From Mytilus trossulus (taxonomy: Eukaryota): a DNA stretch of 64,000 nt. The stretch covers positions 4,340,001 to 4,404,000 of the forward strand of contig NC_086373.1 of assembly GCF_036588685.1 (NCBI RefSeq), given 5' to 3'. A program made the translations under genes and the position numbers. Below, piece by piece: positions 13,474-25,734 of this stretch. Position 1 is the stretch's first letter, and every line of letters starts with the position of its first letter. The notes under the pieces were generated by a model. That model saw nothing but the letters and a program-made list of their open reading frames with translations, did not search any database and had not been told where the DNA came from.

Positions 13474-14812
13474 TTTTCTTTCTTATTTTTATTTTTGAAA
13501 AAAGAACTGCCATACTTACTTAGTTTTCTCGTTTGAATTGTTTTACATTGTCTTATCGGGACCTTTTTCGATGTAAGGCGTCAAAGAAAAAATTATAATA
13601 GCCTTTCAAGACGTCATAATTATTTGGACTATCAAACCACATTCTTTTTCATATTACCAAAATGTTCTGGGTTACTCTGTTTTTGATTGTAATACAAGGC
13701 ATGCATTACCTTAGTCCAAATAATTATGACGTCTGGCAAGGCTATTTTAATTTTTTTCTGGGACGCCTTCCTAGGACGTCACAGAAAAATAATAAAATGG
13801 CCGTCCAAGACGTCATAATTATTTGGACTAGCATTACCTGTGAACAGGTGAAAGGGGATGAATTCTGTATGCATATTTGTTTTTAACTCAAACATATTTT
13901 AACTTCAAAATTGTTAAAAAAAGACACGGAAATGACTTAACGATCCAAATTGTGTTCTGTGAATAGTGAATTTAGTTGTGAGTTATTTATGTTATGATGA
14001 TTCATATTCAATGCATGTAAACAAAGAAGGGAAATGTTTTTTTTATATCTTCTTCTTCTTATGGTATCCAGTTATCCATCAGATTTTTGATGATTACTAA
14101 CTGCTGCGCATGCGTAGGATCATAATAAATAAATATTTACAAAATAAAAGTGCCAAAAAATAAACAAATACTTACATGACATGTGGTTAAAACTATTTAC
14201 ATAACTACTAGGTTTACTGTTCTATATTGTAGAGAACAGTAGGTGTTAACTGTTCTCTAAAAATATTTAAAGTGGGAGAAAGTACTACCTTTATACCTCT
14301 AGCCAATGCAGAAAAGCAAACTCATAACAATTTGCACATTAACATTCAGTTCTTGAAAGAGAAGTCCAAGTCTGATGTCAGAAGATGTAACCAAAGAAAA
14401 AAAAGAAAATGACATTATACATAAATAACATCATCAGACTACTGCAGTGAACTGACATTCCAGCTCCAGACTGTAATTAAACTGATTGAAAGATTATGTC
14501 TTCATCATATAAATATCAAACTACCTTTTTGATACACAAAATATAGTGCATTGATCATAATATTCTATACATCCTATGCATGAACATTTCCAGAAATTTA
14601 TGAAATGTAATATATGCTCAGATATTCAAGTCACAAAACAAAGAAAGTTATCTTTAAAAATTGGAGTTATCTCCCATTGTCCAGAATTGTCATGATTGTA
14701 GTTGAATCAATTTATTGACAATGCAATATTTAATTTGACTTCTTCCTCATAAATTAACACACAATCTTTACCCTTATGTGCTTACAAGCTTTATTTTCTT
14801 TTTGTACTCTAG

Positions 14813-14921
14813 TTTAATGGAAGACTCATATTTGTGCAAGGATCCGTTCAGTGCTGAAGGAGGCTTTATTACTCTTGGTTCACACTGTTCCATGTGTCAG
14901 ATGTCCGTCTGCTGTTCTACG
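14813..14921 (+). CDS. CDPF1: CDPF1 exon 2 (contains the DPF motif)
   Basis: LMEDSYLCKDPFSAEGGFITLGSHCSMCQMSVCCST; AG/GT boundaries in phase with exons 1 and 3. Confidence 0.92.
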
Positions 14922-15850
14922 GTAACATCATTACTATGCTAGCTGTTTGTTATGGAATGTAGTGTGAAATTATTTTAAAGTATGACTTTCATTTCTCCTG
15001 TCCATGGAGATATAACATAAAAATATGTGGTTCACACTGAATAAGGAGTATAGCAGGTACATGTAGTTAAAAAGTCAGTGCACCACATTTTTGAGGTTAT
15101 TTCAAATAGACAGAAAAATAGTAGTCATTCCTAATAATTTAAATTTATATTTTTTTTTAAAGTAGTAAATCATGAAAAGATTTTGATGACGTCAGAGTTT
15201 CATAACAAATTATGTAAATCTGCTTATAGACAAAAAACTATCATCTAATGACAAGATTTGGTAATACGTTTTGGTTATAGGAAAACATAATAGAAGATAA
15301 TAAAACTTTTTCAAGGAGAACTTTGAACGAGTGAAAAAGGACTGAAATAAGTTTTTTTTATTGAAAATACAAATTTCATACTCTGGAAATAAAATTAAGA
15401 ATGGAAATGGGGAATGTGTCAAAAAGACAACCGGACCATAGAAAAAACAACACCAATAGGTCTTCAATGAAGCAAGAAAGTTCTGCACCCAGAGGCGTCC
15501 TTCAGCTGGCCCCTAAACAAATATATACTAGTTGAGTGATAATGAACATCATACTAATTTCCAAATTGTACACAAGAAACTAGAATTAAAATAATACAAG
15601 ACTAACAAAGGGTAAACTAAGAGGCTCCTGACTTGTTAGTATTTCTCAATTACTGTGTTTTTAACTAAATTATTTATAACCTTTGATTTATTCAAAATTT
15701 GCAAAAATACCATCGCCAAGTAGCTGAAAGTATAAAATTAAAGAAATGTGCTTCATTTTGATGAACTGTAAAGAAAAATAAAAAAAAATAGTTCTGTATC
15801 TTTGACATTGTTTGACAGACAGTTGAAATATTAAATTTTATGTTTTACAG

Positions 15851-15934
15851 GATTGCAGCTTGTTTTATACTAAGAGATTTTGTATAGATTGTGTTAAATC
15901 AAAGATTGGACAGTTTCCTCAAGAAATTCAACAG
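15851..15934 (+). CDS. CDPF1: CDPF1 exon 3
   Basis: DCSLFYTKRFCIDCVKSKIGQFPQEIQQ matches the CSLFYxKRFCxxC...FPQEI signature. Confidence 0.92.
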
Positions 15935-16657
15935 GTTAGAACTACATGGTTATTCATTAGTATTATTAACTTTTAACTATATGACACTTTCAATGCATAT
16001 TTTTGGTAGATACATGCATGACCGTTGGTTTTCCCGTTTGAATGGTTTTACACTAGTAATTTTGGGGCCCTTTATAGCTTGTTTTTCGATGTGAGCCAAG
16101 GCTCCGTGTTGAAGGCCGTACTTAAACCTATAATGGTTTACTTTTTAAATTGTTACTTGGATGGAGAGTTGTCTCATTGGCACTCACACCACATCTTCCT
16201 ATATCTATGGTCTAGACTAGCAGCTGCATGTACATTGTACTAGTCATAGCTACTTTCCAGATACTTAGCAATGTAAATTCGTATTCAGTTGCAGCTTAGA
16301 TATACTGGCTGAATGATATGACTTAAAGACAGTCCCTGTACCTCCTCACAGGCTTTTTATTGCTAATTAAAAATCAAGTTTAAAAAGTTACCAAACATTC
16401 ATGCAACTTAGCAGAAGGATTTGACCAATTCTCAGATGCCTAAAATTTTAATTGTCTTTTTTTTTCTTTTTTTTTTAAAGTATTTTTTTTCAAGCTCTCA
16501 TGTTTCCATGACTTTGATTAGATTTTCATGCACATGTTGTGTTTGCAATACAGACACTTTCAACATGTAATCAATTAATATTGAATAGTGATGAATCCAG
16601 TAATTATTTAGATAATATTCTGATCAGAACTAATGAAATATTTTGTTTTATCTTCAG

Positions 16658-16678
16658 GAAATTTCACGTAAAACTTGA
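16658..16678 (+). CDS. CDPF1: CDPF1 terminal coding exon 4
   Basis: Acceptor ttttatcttcag then EISRKT*; gives a 102-aa protein; AATAAA signals downstream at about 16940-17030. Confidence 0.75.
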   Translation, partial: EISRKT

Positions 16679-18100
16679 CAGAAATAAGAACAATTTAATC
16701 ATGGATGTCAAAAGCCATCACAGAACTTGCGACTCAGAGCTTTTTATGTTCCAGTAAAAATCAACTTAGATCCAAAGACAGTCGTTAGATTGATACAAAT
16801 TCCAGAAGAATATGCAGAGATGATAAAATCAAAGAAATCATATCAATGTTATAAAAAATATGATGTTCAAATCTTTCTAAAATTGAATTGGACTATAAAT
16901 ATTTGGAATAGAAAAGACAATTTATTACTTTTCATCCCAAATAAATTGCCATTATATACCAGTACATTAATATTTTATTTCTTCTCCAAACACCATGAAG
17001 CAAATAAAATTTGAGATTGTGTAATAAAATAAAATGACCATAAGGTTTTTAATTTTTTATTTATTTAAGGTGGATCATCAGTTTATTATATCACCTCAGA
17101 TTATGCTTTGACAAAAGAAATATTTTAACATGGTTTTTTTCAAAAATACAATAAAAAGTATGTGTCAATGTGCTATTTTCAAGCTACAAATCATGCAAAA
17201 TTGCCAAAATCTGCATAGGTATTTCATGAAAAAACACATTCATGTGAATAAAAAGAAATCTACAAGGTAGAAATGAGAAGAAAGAAAAAGAAAAAAATAC
17301 CTCTGAACTTGTTTTTTTTTACTGCAAATAATAAATTAAAATTTCCTTATCATACCGGTTTTAAAAAATATACATTAAAGTTGTCTCCCCTTAGATGGAT
17401 AGGGTTAAAAATTGAATATGAAAAAAATATATCTGGTATTTGTTTAAACATTTTAGATACTGTTAGAAATCACTTTTTTTCCCAAAAAAAGTCTTGACAC
17501 TTACTGGTAGATTGTAGATGTGTCATAATTTGCAGTCTGAGGCAATACAAGACCAATTGTGTATTGCTATTGTACAATCAAAGATGGTGGTATACAGTGA
17601 ATTTGGGTTTTAATACTCTTATTGTTCATGTCTAAATATTTGTTTTTTGTTCACTGTTTCTATTCAGGTAAATAGATAAATGGCAATTTAAACCTTTACA
17701 TTTGTATTTGTTGAAGTCCATATCATATCCACTTGAGTTCTAAGATGTCCCCTGATGTGATTCGTGATAACAAATTTTCAAGGTGTCCATTCATTCATGT
17801 TTCTGTCAGATGTCTGCCTGTCTAGGTTAACTATTGTGCTGCTTGCCATATATTTTTTATTGAAAATTAGTGCTAATCAATTTTTTTTGAGAGAGTTATG
17901 CACCTTAGAAATTTCAAATTTATTTTTTTTAAAAATGCATTCTAATAAGCCCTCTCAAGCCTACATTTTTCATAAGAATATTATGAAATCTATACTGTAA
18001 TGAATATTATTCAGTTACCTTAATTATGTTATTAGGAAGTTCTAAGTTTATCTGTTAGGAAGTAGGCAAATGTTTAAATCCTTTCACTTTCGTTTCTTAA

Positions 18101-18900
18101 AGTCATAAGAAACCTCAAATCAAAAAAAAATAATGCATATGTTTTTTATAACTCAATCGATAGTTTTCATTGTAAAACTTATGTACATATACTTTTTTCT
18201 GAAGAAAATTCTTTAATTTATTCATATTTAGAAGAAGTTTACTTTATTTGAATTGCTTCCTTCCAGCAAGCAATTCCCGGGATATATTTTCCGTATGCAA
18301 GGTGACCTCAGTGTGACCCATCTCGTAAAAATCCGGTGACCACAATACGCATGGATGTCCTTAAAATAAACTATTATCTGAATTTACATGTTAAACACGT
18401 GCTCAATTTCCATGCTTTTTTGTTTATTTTTCGTCAATTGTTGACAAACAGGTGACAATCGTAATTGAGGAAACGATGATAGTCCGTTGGACGGGGACGA
18501 TAAATGGCTGGCCCGTGTTAAGAGAGAGCCACATCTCTTGCACGTTAAAGACACCCTTGTAGATTTCGAAAAAGAGTAGGCTAATGCCGCTACAAGGCAG
18601 CACTCGCACCCGCAAAGTGGAAAGGGATTAATATAAGTTGCAAAACTTGTTTCCCAATGCACTATAAATAAATATGTTTAAATTAATCGTTAAACTTTGG
18701 CTTTAAAACACGAACTTTAATTACCTGCCATATTTTCACAACAACACTGACCGATTGAAAAAAAAATTGACGATTATACGAACTTTACACGAAAAAAATG
18801 ATCAATTCGAGCACAGAAGACTAAGTTTATGATGTTTGTATGCATTGGTTTAAAAATTGGAAGAACATTATTGTTCACCGGTCACTCGTTTCTTATGACT
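18101..18900. mobile_element. TTAA-specific MITE (Kolobok-like) inserted in the 5' LTR
   Basis: Perfect 13-bp TIR AGTCATAAGAAAC / GTTTCTTATGACT, TTAA TSD on both sides, absent from the 3' LTR. RR termini fit Kolobok rather than piggyBac (YY). Confidence 0.85.
18465..18682 (+). mobile_element. 5'-truncated Deu/Nin-domain SINE nested in the MITE
   Basis: Highly similar to 63102-63320; contains ggggacgataaa...tgcacgttaaagacaccc, the Nin/Deu core signature. Confidence 0.75.
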
Positions 18901-19696
18901 TTAATGAAGTACCTTGATATCGGTTGTAATACAGAAAATGATTTCCGAAGTTTTGGTACTGGTTCCAATCCTATCTATTTGAAAAGTAAGTGCTTGATAT
19001 TAAATTACTTTAGGTGTTATATTAAAACGTAACAGTGATACGGAATATATTTATTTCTGTTAAGAGATTATATGCATTTTGGTTAGAGATAATTCTAGAA
19101 TATTAGTAGAGTTTCTCACAATGTTAATCAGTTCGGTCCTCAGAGCTCCTAGAGTAAAGACTAAAGAAAAGGTAATTATAACTATTTCTGAAAAAGAAGT
19201 AGCTTTCCAAGGACCTTTGGTTAAACTTTTATAAGCAAGAGCCAATTGTTCTATCTGAATAAGGTGGTGACATATTGTCCTGTGGTATATAATTAAGGTG
19301 ACAAAGTGGTACTGTCCCTTTGGACCAGTGACACCTTGGCCCTGAATAAGGACCAGAGGCGCACTGGAAACCATAATTCCATATTACCTTTGAATCAAAG
19401 AGCTTAAGTACTGTAAGGCAAATAGGTTTATAGTCATATATCATATACTATTGAAGTAAGGTTAAGTCATAGTTAGGTTAAGGGTTTCATTTTGTATAAT
19501 TACCGGAAGTAATATTTTGTTAAATGTTATTAGGCTTTTATATCTAAGGTTGAATTAGTTCTTGAAACACGTTACCATTTGTAAGGGTTAGCGAACGATA
19601 CACAACAAATCCAGGGAAGTAAACCTGGTACGGATCTACGGGTACATAAAGTACTATCTGGCGTGTAGGACCCCCTCTGCACGTTACGAAATTTGA

Positions 19697-19712
19697 TGGC
19701 AGCGGTGGGATT
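19697..19712 (+). promoter_or_regulatory. Primer-binding site complementary to the tRNA-Leu 3' end
   Basis: tggcagcggtgggatt is the reverse complement of aatcccaccgctgcca; it lies 8 nt after the 5' LTR. Confidence 0.85.
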
Positions 19713-19899
19713 TGTTCGCTGTATAGTTGGTTAGTTGGATATATCAGTCAGTATAGTCGGACATCCATTTGTTTTATAAATATGGATAAAATTGAAAATT
19801 TATCTGCCCAATTGTAACCTCATGATATTCAAATTGTTAAGAAAAACCCCGTCAACTTGTCCAATAAGAAATCACCAGGGAAAGCCACAGGGACAAGCA

Positions 19900-22800
19900 T
19901 GAGTAGCGTAGAGATATTAAGGTTGAAACGTACGATAAGTCAGGTGATTGGAATGACTACCGGCCACATTTTGAGTCTTGTTCCTCTATTAACGGTTGGG
20001 ATAAGCTCGAGAAAGGGTTGTACTTAGCGGCTTCCCTTGGAGATCAAGCTCAAGGTGTTCTTGGGGATTTATCAGATGACAAGAAAAGTCATTTTGAACA
20101 GTTGGTGCGATCACTAGAAGAGAGGTTTGCTCCCCCAAATTAGTCAGAGTTGTACCAGAAACAATTGAAAGAAAGGAAGCAGAGGGCTTCAGAGACGCTT
20201 CCTGAGGTAGGACAAACGATGCGCCGGCTGGTGAATAAAGCGTACCCCACTGCTCCAGGAGAAGTCAAAGAAACATTGGCTAAAGAATACTTTTTGGATG
20301 CATTGATTAATACGGAAATGCGTATAAAAATCTAACAATCCCGTCCCCCTGACCTTAATTTTGCTATATGTTTAGCTGTAGAGTTAGAAACATTTTACAA
20401 GGCAGAAAAGCAATTTGAAGTAGGGAAAGCCCATTTATGAGCTGTAGACAATGATGAACAGGTGGTTAGAGTCTGAGTATTATGATAGGTTGTCGGATAA
20501 AATAGAGGGCCTGTTAGCAGCATTTAATGATCAATTGGCAAATATGCGTAAAGAGTTAGATGAATTTAAGAATAAATCCAACATGTCTGGACCAGTTGAT
20601 AGGTCAAATTTCTTTGCTATAATTGTGGTAAAACCGGCCACATGGCTAGAAATTGTAATGCTCCTAGAAATAGGAGCCAGAACAACCAAGGATCACCAGG
20701 ACCTTCGGTTAGGCGTACGAACAACCGTAGTAGTACACGGAAACGTAAATCTTTGTACCTCTGCTCTAATACTCTTAATAATGAGGCAGGGCTCTATGTA
20801 GAGTTATTTATAAATGGAATTCATGCCAAGTTTCTTATTGATACAGGGGCTACAGTTAGTTTGGTGTCGGATACTCTATTTGAGAAATTAAAATCCAGTG
20901 ATAGGCCAGGGGTAAGGCAGGTCACCCAGGAAATAATAGCAGCTAATGGTGAGTCTTTAAAAACAGTAAGGCACTGTTTTTTTAAGCGTGGTAGTTTTCA
21001 CACTGTCATTGAAGGTGTAATAGCAGGTTTGTCAGTGGAAGGTATTCTTGGGCTATATTTTCTGCAGACAAACGGTCGAAAGTTGATTTAGGCAATAAAG
21101 TACTAGTAATGGAAAGGGATAATCAACACATACCTTTGTTACTGCAGGGAAAGTTAGGCGTTTTTCGGGTGGCAGTCAAAGATAAAGTTAGCATAGCCCC
21201 AAGGTCAGAGGTAGTAATCCAGGGTGAAGTACTGAACTATGATTCAGCTGTTCAGGTGACTGGCATTATTGAACCCAGTGAAGAATTCCTTGATAGAGGA
21301 TAGGCTCTTGTAGGGAAGTCTGTTCTTATGTCTGATAAATCAGTTCCTGTTAGGCTATTAAATCTAAGTGACAGTGTCCAAGTATTAAATGTCGGTACTG
21401 TGGTCGGAAATCTTAGTGGAGCGGAAGTGGTTAGTCAGGTGGACAATCACAAGGATTATGCCCTTACTAATGAAATGGAAAAATTATTAGATAGGTCTAG
21501 TGAGAATCTTGGACATGGACAAAAAGACAAGGTCACAGAGTTGTTATTGGAATTCAAGCATCTTTTTGCCGCTTCACATTCGGATCTGGGACAAACAAAT
21601 ATTGTGAAACACAGGATTGGCACTGATGCTGCAAGGCCAATAAAGCAGCCACCACGGCGCACCCCAATAGGTCTTAGGGAAGAGGTAGATCAACATATTA
21701 ACGATATGTTGGAGAGAAACATTATTGAGCCCTCGGAAGGACCATGGTCCTCCGGAATATTGAGAAAGAAAGATGGGACCACTATGTTTTGCGTAGACTA
21801 TAGACAGTTAAACACATGTACTATCAAAGACGCGTATCCTTTGCCCCGAATTGATTATTCGCTTGAGCAGTTGTCAGGAAACGAGTGGTTTTCAACTTTG
21901 GATTTATGTTCTGGATATTGGCAGGTAGAAGTAGAGCCATCAGATCGTCATAAAACAACCTTTGCCTCCCGGAAGGGTCTTTATCAGTTTCGCTGTATGC
22001 CATTTGGTCTGGTAAACGCCCCTGCCACCTTTGAGCTTCTTATGGAGAATGTTATGGCAGGGCTCCTAAGGGACATTTGTCTCATATTTCTAGATGATAT
22101 CATAGTTATGGCTAAGAATTTTGATGAAATGATACATAATTTACGCCAGGTTTTTGTAAAGTAAGAAGGGGCAGGGCTTAAACTCAAACCCAAAAAAAGT
22201 GTCATTTGTTTGCTTAAAAGGTAACTTTTCTCGAACATGTTGTTTCTGAATCGGGTGTTGCTACCGACCCCGATAAAACTAAGTGTATAAGGGAATGGCC
22301 TGTTCCCCAGAACGTGACAGAGCTCAGACCCTTCTTGGGTTTGTGTGGTTATTATAGCCGGTACATAATACATTTTTCAGATACGGCTAAGAACTTACAC
22401 CAAATGACCGAAAATGGTCGCGAATTTCTGTGGAACAATGATAGTCAGGAGGCCTTTGAAAAGCTGAAAGGCAAATTAATCAGTGCCACAGTCCTCAGTC
22501 ATCCCAACTTCTCCCAAACATTTATTTTTGATGCGGATGCAAGTAACAGAGCGATAGGTGGTGTTTTATCACAGGTTATTGATGGCGAGGAACATGTTAT
22601 TGCATATGAGAGTAGGACCCTTTCAAAAACAGAGCGCCGTTATTGTATTACAAGGCAGGAACTGCTAGCCGTGGTCCATTTTGTTAAACATTTTCGGAAA
22701 TGGAAACACGGGAATATCTATTGGGAGATATATACTCCGTTAGCAGGTGCTGCTGGAATGTTGCTACTTCACAATTGAAAAGCTGAAATCATCTCTTTTG

Positions 22801-23588
22801 TCGTAAAGTTTTGTTTTCGATCGACCCTCATTGTCAATTTCTAGATGTAAGTCAATATATGAAGCCGACTTGACTGTATCTGTAGTATTCTTTATCTTTT
22901 ACTAAGTGGACAGAGAGTCATCCCATGCCCAACATTGAGGTAACTACAGTTGCAAATATTCTTATGACTGAGGTTATTTCTAGGTTTGGGGTACCAACTA
23001 TTATCCATTCCGATCAAGGTAGTCAATTCGAGAGCCACCTGTTTAAGGAGATGTGCAAGTTGCTTCAGATAGAAAAGACCCGGACGACTCCTCATCAACG
23101 AAATCTGACGGGATGGTTGAACGATTAAATAAAACTCTTGCTACCATGCTCACGGGGTATGTAAATGAATATCACTCCAATTGGGACGTATTACTACCTT
23201 ATGTCATGATCGCTTATCGGTCCTCTCAACATGAGACCACTGGTTACACCCCCAATAGATTAATGTTGGGAAGAGAACTGTCTACCCCCATGATCCATAT
23301 AAGGTGATTAAGATAAACTCAAGTGTCACATACACCGTCAATTGTGGGCGTAAGGGAGCGGGTCAAGTAATACATGTTGATAGGATGCGACCTTGTCCCC
23401 AACAAATACTAAGGGGAGAACTTGTTGACGAACAAAGTCCTGAGAAAACAGGAGAGCTAGAAACAGAGATTCATGACAAAGAAGTTATCATTGACTCTTT
23501 GCCCTTATTAGATCTAGATGATCATGAGGATGTAAACAATGATAGACCAAGGAGGTTTATAAAACCTCCATCGTGGATGAAGGACTAG
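19900..23588 (+). pseudogene. Disrupted gag-pol (gag with CCHC knuckle, aspartic protease, RT, RNase H, partial integrase)
   Basis: CYNCGKTGHMARNC (about 20615), FLIDTGATVS, FCVDYRQLN...DAYPLPRID...LDLCSGYWQ...MPFGLVNAPATF...FLDD, DADASNRAIGG, IHSDQGSQFES...GMVERLNKTL. There are multiple stops and frameshifts, and the RH/INT junction is deleted. Confidence 0.93.
22695..22865 (-). mobile_element. Penelope-like RT fragment inserted antisense in Gypsy pol
   Basis: The - strand reads SYIDLHLEIDNEGRSKTKLYDKRDDFSF; it overlaps in sequence with 43660-43729 (gcaggtgctgctggaatg). Confidence 0.7.
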
Positions 23589-23690
23589 ACTACGAACGGT
23601 AAATTATGTGTTTTGAGATGTAAATAGATAATGTAAATATGTATTTTTGATATTAAATATGTTTTATTATTTTAGATCTAAATTTGAAAT

Positions 23691-25157
23691 ATGATAAACA
23701 CAAAGACAACGCATAAGCTTACTAAATATTACTAGTATTTTATATACATATACATTTTCATGTATCTACAATCTGTCGATACCTGTAACATGTTTTTCTC
23801 TGGCTGTTTATGACGTCTTTACACTAAATCCATTGTATGTTGGATGTGTACGGATTGATTGTGTAGTCTTAGAGGCATGATTTTTTTATTAGTTGTAAGT
23901 GGCTTTGAACTAGCTGTCAGATAACTGCGAGTACTCTCAGATTTGTTCATTGTGTCTTTTTGTGTCGGGATGTATAAGTACCCGGCCACGTCCACTTGTA
24001 CTTTTTGTCTATCTGATGAGTTAAGCCTTTTTCAACTGATTTTTACAGTTCGTTCTTATGTTGTACTGTTATACCACTGTCCCAGGTTAGGGGAGGGTTG
24101 GGATCCCGCTAACATGTTTAACCCCATCACATTATTTATGTATGTGTCTGTCCCAAGTCAGGAGTCTGTAATCCATTGGTTGTCGTTTGTTTATGTGTTA
24201 CATATTTGTTTTTCGTTCATTTTTTTAAATAACTAAGCTCGTTAGTTTTCTCGTTTTAAATGTTTTCCATTGTCTTATCGGGGCCTTTTATAGCTGACTA
24301 TGCGTAATGGGCTTTGCTCATTGTTGAAGGCCGTACGGTGACCTATAGTTGTTAATGTTTGTGTCATTTTGGTCTTTTTATGGGTAGTTGTCTCATCGGC
24401 AATCATACTACATCTTCTTTTTTTTATATAAACACAAAGACAACGCCAGGAAAATCCTCACAGGAAATTTACAGATGTCCTGTCTGTGGTGAAAGGTTCC
24501 TCACCGCAAAAGAGTGGAGTGATCATATAATTACATGTTGTGAGAAAAAGCGGGTATCAACATCTTTCATCTGCAAAGAACCGGCGTGCACCTATGCAGC
24601 CCTCTTGGAAAGAGATCTTATGAGTCACAGCAAGAGAAAACACCAGAAATCTGCAGTAGCTGAAAGTGATACTGATTCCGAAGAAATTCCATTTAGCCAG
24701 AGACCGACTGGGTCATTTTGCGTTGATATAACGTCGGTCACTCCAGAGGTCGCAACAAGTCCGGAGATGGCACCAGTGAGGAAGGCAACTAAACCTCTGC
24801 CAGTGTTTGGCTCGACCAAGAAGAGACAGCTGATGGAACACCTGGCTGATAGTGTGGTTCCGGTTAACGTTCCAAGGACTTCTGCAACCGCAGTCAGAAG
24901 TAATTTGTTAGTGGCTTCTTCAATAACCTCACCGGTATTATTCACAAATCCAGTGGCACAAACACGTGTAACTTCGTCGCTTGGAGGTGGCGTGTTTCTT
25001 CAGCCGACATGTGGTCAGGTTGTTCCTGCCAAGAGGATGATTGAAACCCAAACCCCCTAGGATGATCGCTCATCACCATCTTAAAGGGACCGTTAGAACC
25101 TGGTATGAGGAAGGAATAAAGGTGGAGGAGACCACTGAAGAAACTTGGGACGATTGA
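23691..25157 (+). pseudogene. Gypsy accessory ORF3: two-zinc-finger protein, interrupted by a 715-bp insertion and one frameshift
   Basis: ATG at 23691 (MINTKTTP) rejoins 24447 after removing the insert and one TSD copy. YRCPVCGERF...HIITC and FICKEPACTY...HSKRKH fingers. A +1 shift near 25057 extends it to RTWYEEGIKVEETTEETWDD*. It lies between integrase and the 3' LTR. Confidence 0.75.
23713..24427 (+). mobile_element. Unclassified abundant retroposon-like repeat with a 19-bp TSD
   Basis: ataaacacaaagacaacgc duplicated at 23694-23712 and 24428-24446. Its 3' part (ggcaatcatac.acatcttctttttt) recurs at about 6590-6720, 16030-16205 and 38490-38600. Confidence 0.8.
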
Positions 25158-25734
25158 GTAATCATTATACAATGTGTGAGCATATATTCTACATGGAAGC
25201 CAATGAGGCTGGATATCGTTACCTCGTTCCAGAGCATGTGGACGAATAGAGGCAACAGTGGTATACCGCTGTTCAAAACTCACAAATCCATGGACAAAAA
25301 ACAAAATCGGGGTAACAAACTAAAACCGAAGGAAGCGCATTAAATATAAGAGGAGAACAACGACACAACACCGAAACGGACCAGGCATCAGACAAAACAC
25401 CACGAGAATAACAAATATAACATGAAAACCATATACATGAATTTGGGATAGACAAGTACCGTGCCACGTCTTATCTAAAAAATAAGAGAAAACACAAACG
25501 ACTCAAAGTTAAAATGCAACACACACAGAAACGAACAATAATATAACAATGGCCATCTTCCTGACTTGGTACAGGACACTTTTAAAGGGGAATAAAAGTC
25601 AGTTATAAGTTTAGAACGTTTGCAGTCTTAGTTATCAGACTGTGAGAGGACACATTATTTGATTTTGAGTGTACTATATGGTAAAAGATACCCGATATTA
25701 TTATTGTGTTTTTGTTTTCATTTTATAGTATGAC

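Larger units (their letters stand above)
17996..19688 (+). repeat. 5' LTR (interrupted by an 800-bp MITE)
   Basis: tgtaatgaatattattcagttacc...gcacgttacg aligns with 26253-27256 once 18101-18904 is removed. Confidence 0.92.

Noticed and set aside
16539-17497. ORFs at 16539-16757, 16727-17014 and 17273-17497
   Set aside because: They lie in the last intron, 3' UTR and downstream AT-rich DNA of CDPF1 and have low-complexity translations.
24011-24045. Hammerhead ribozyme at ctgatgag (also the - strand ctgatgag at about 39952-39959)
   Set aside because: No stem II followed by GAAA; only half of the core is present.
24359-24427. N-terminus of the ORF-track protein 24359..25060 (MCHFGLFMGSCLIGNHTTSSFFY)
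   Set aside because: It is read through the tail of the inserted repeat; the original start is the ATG at 23691.
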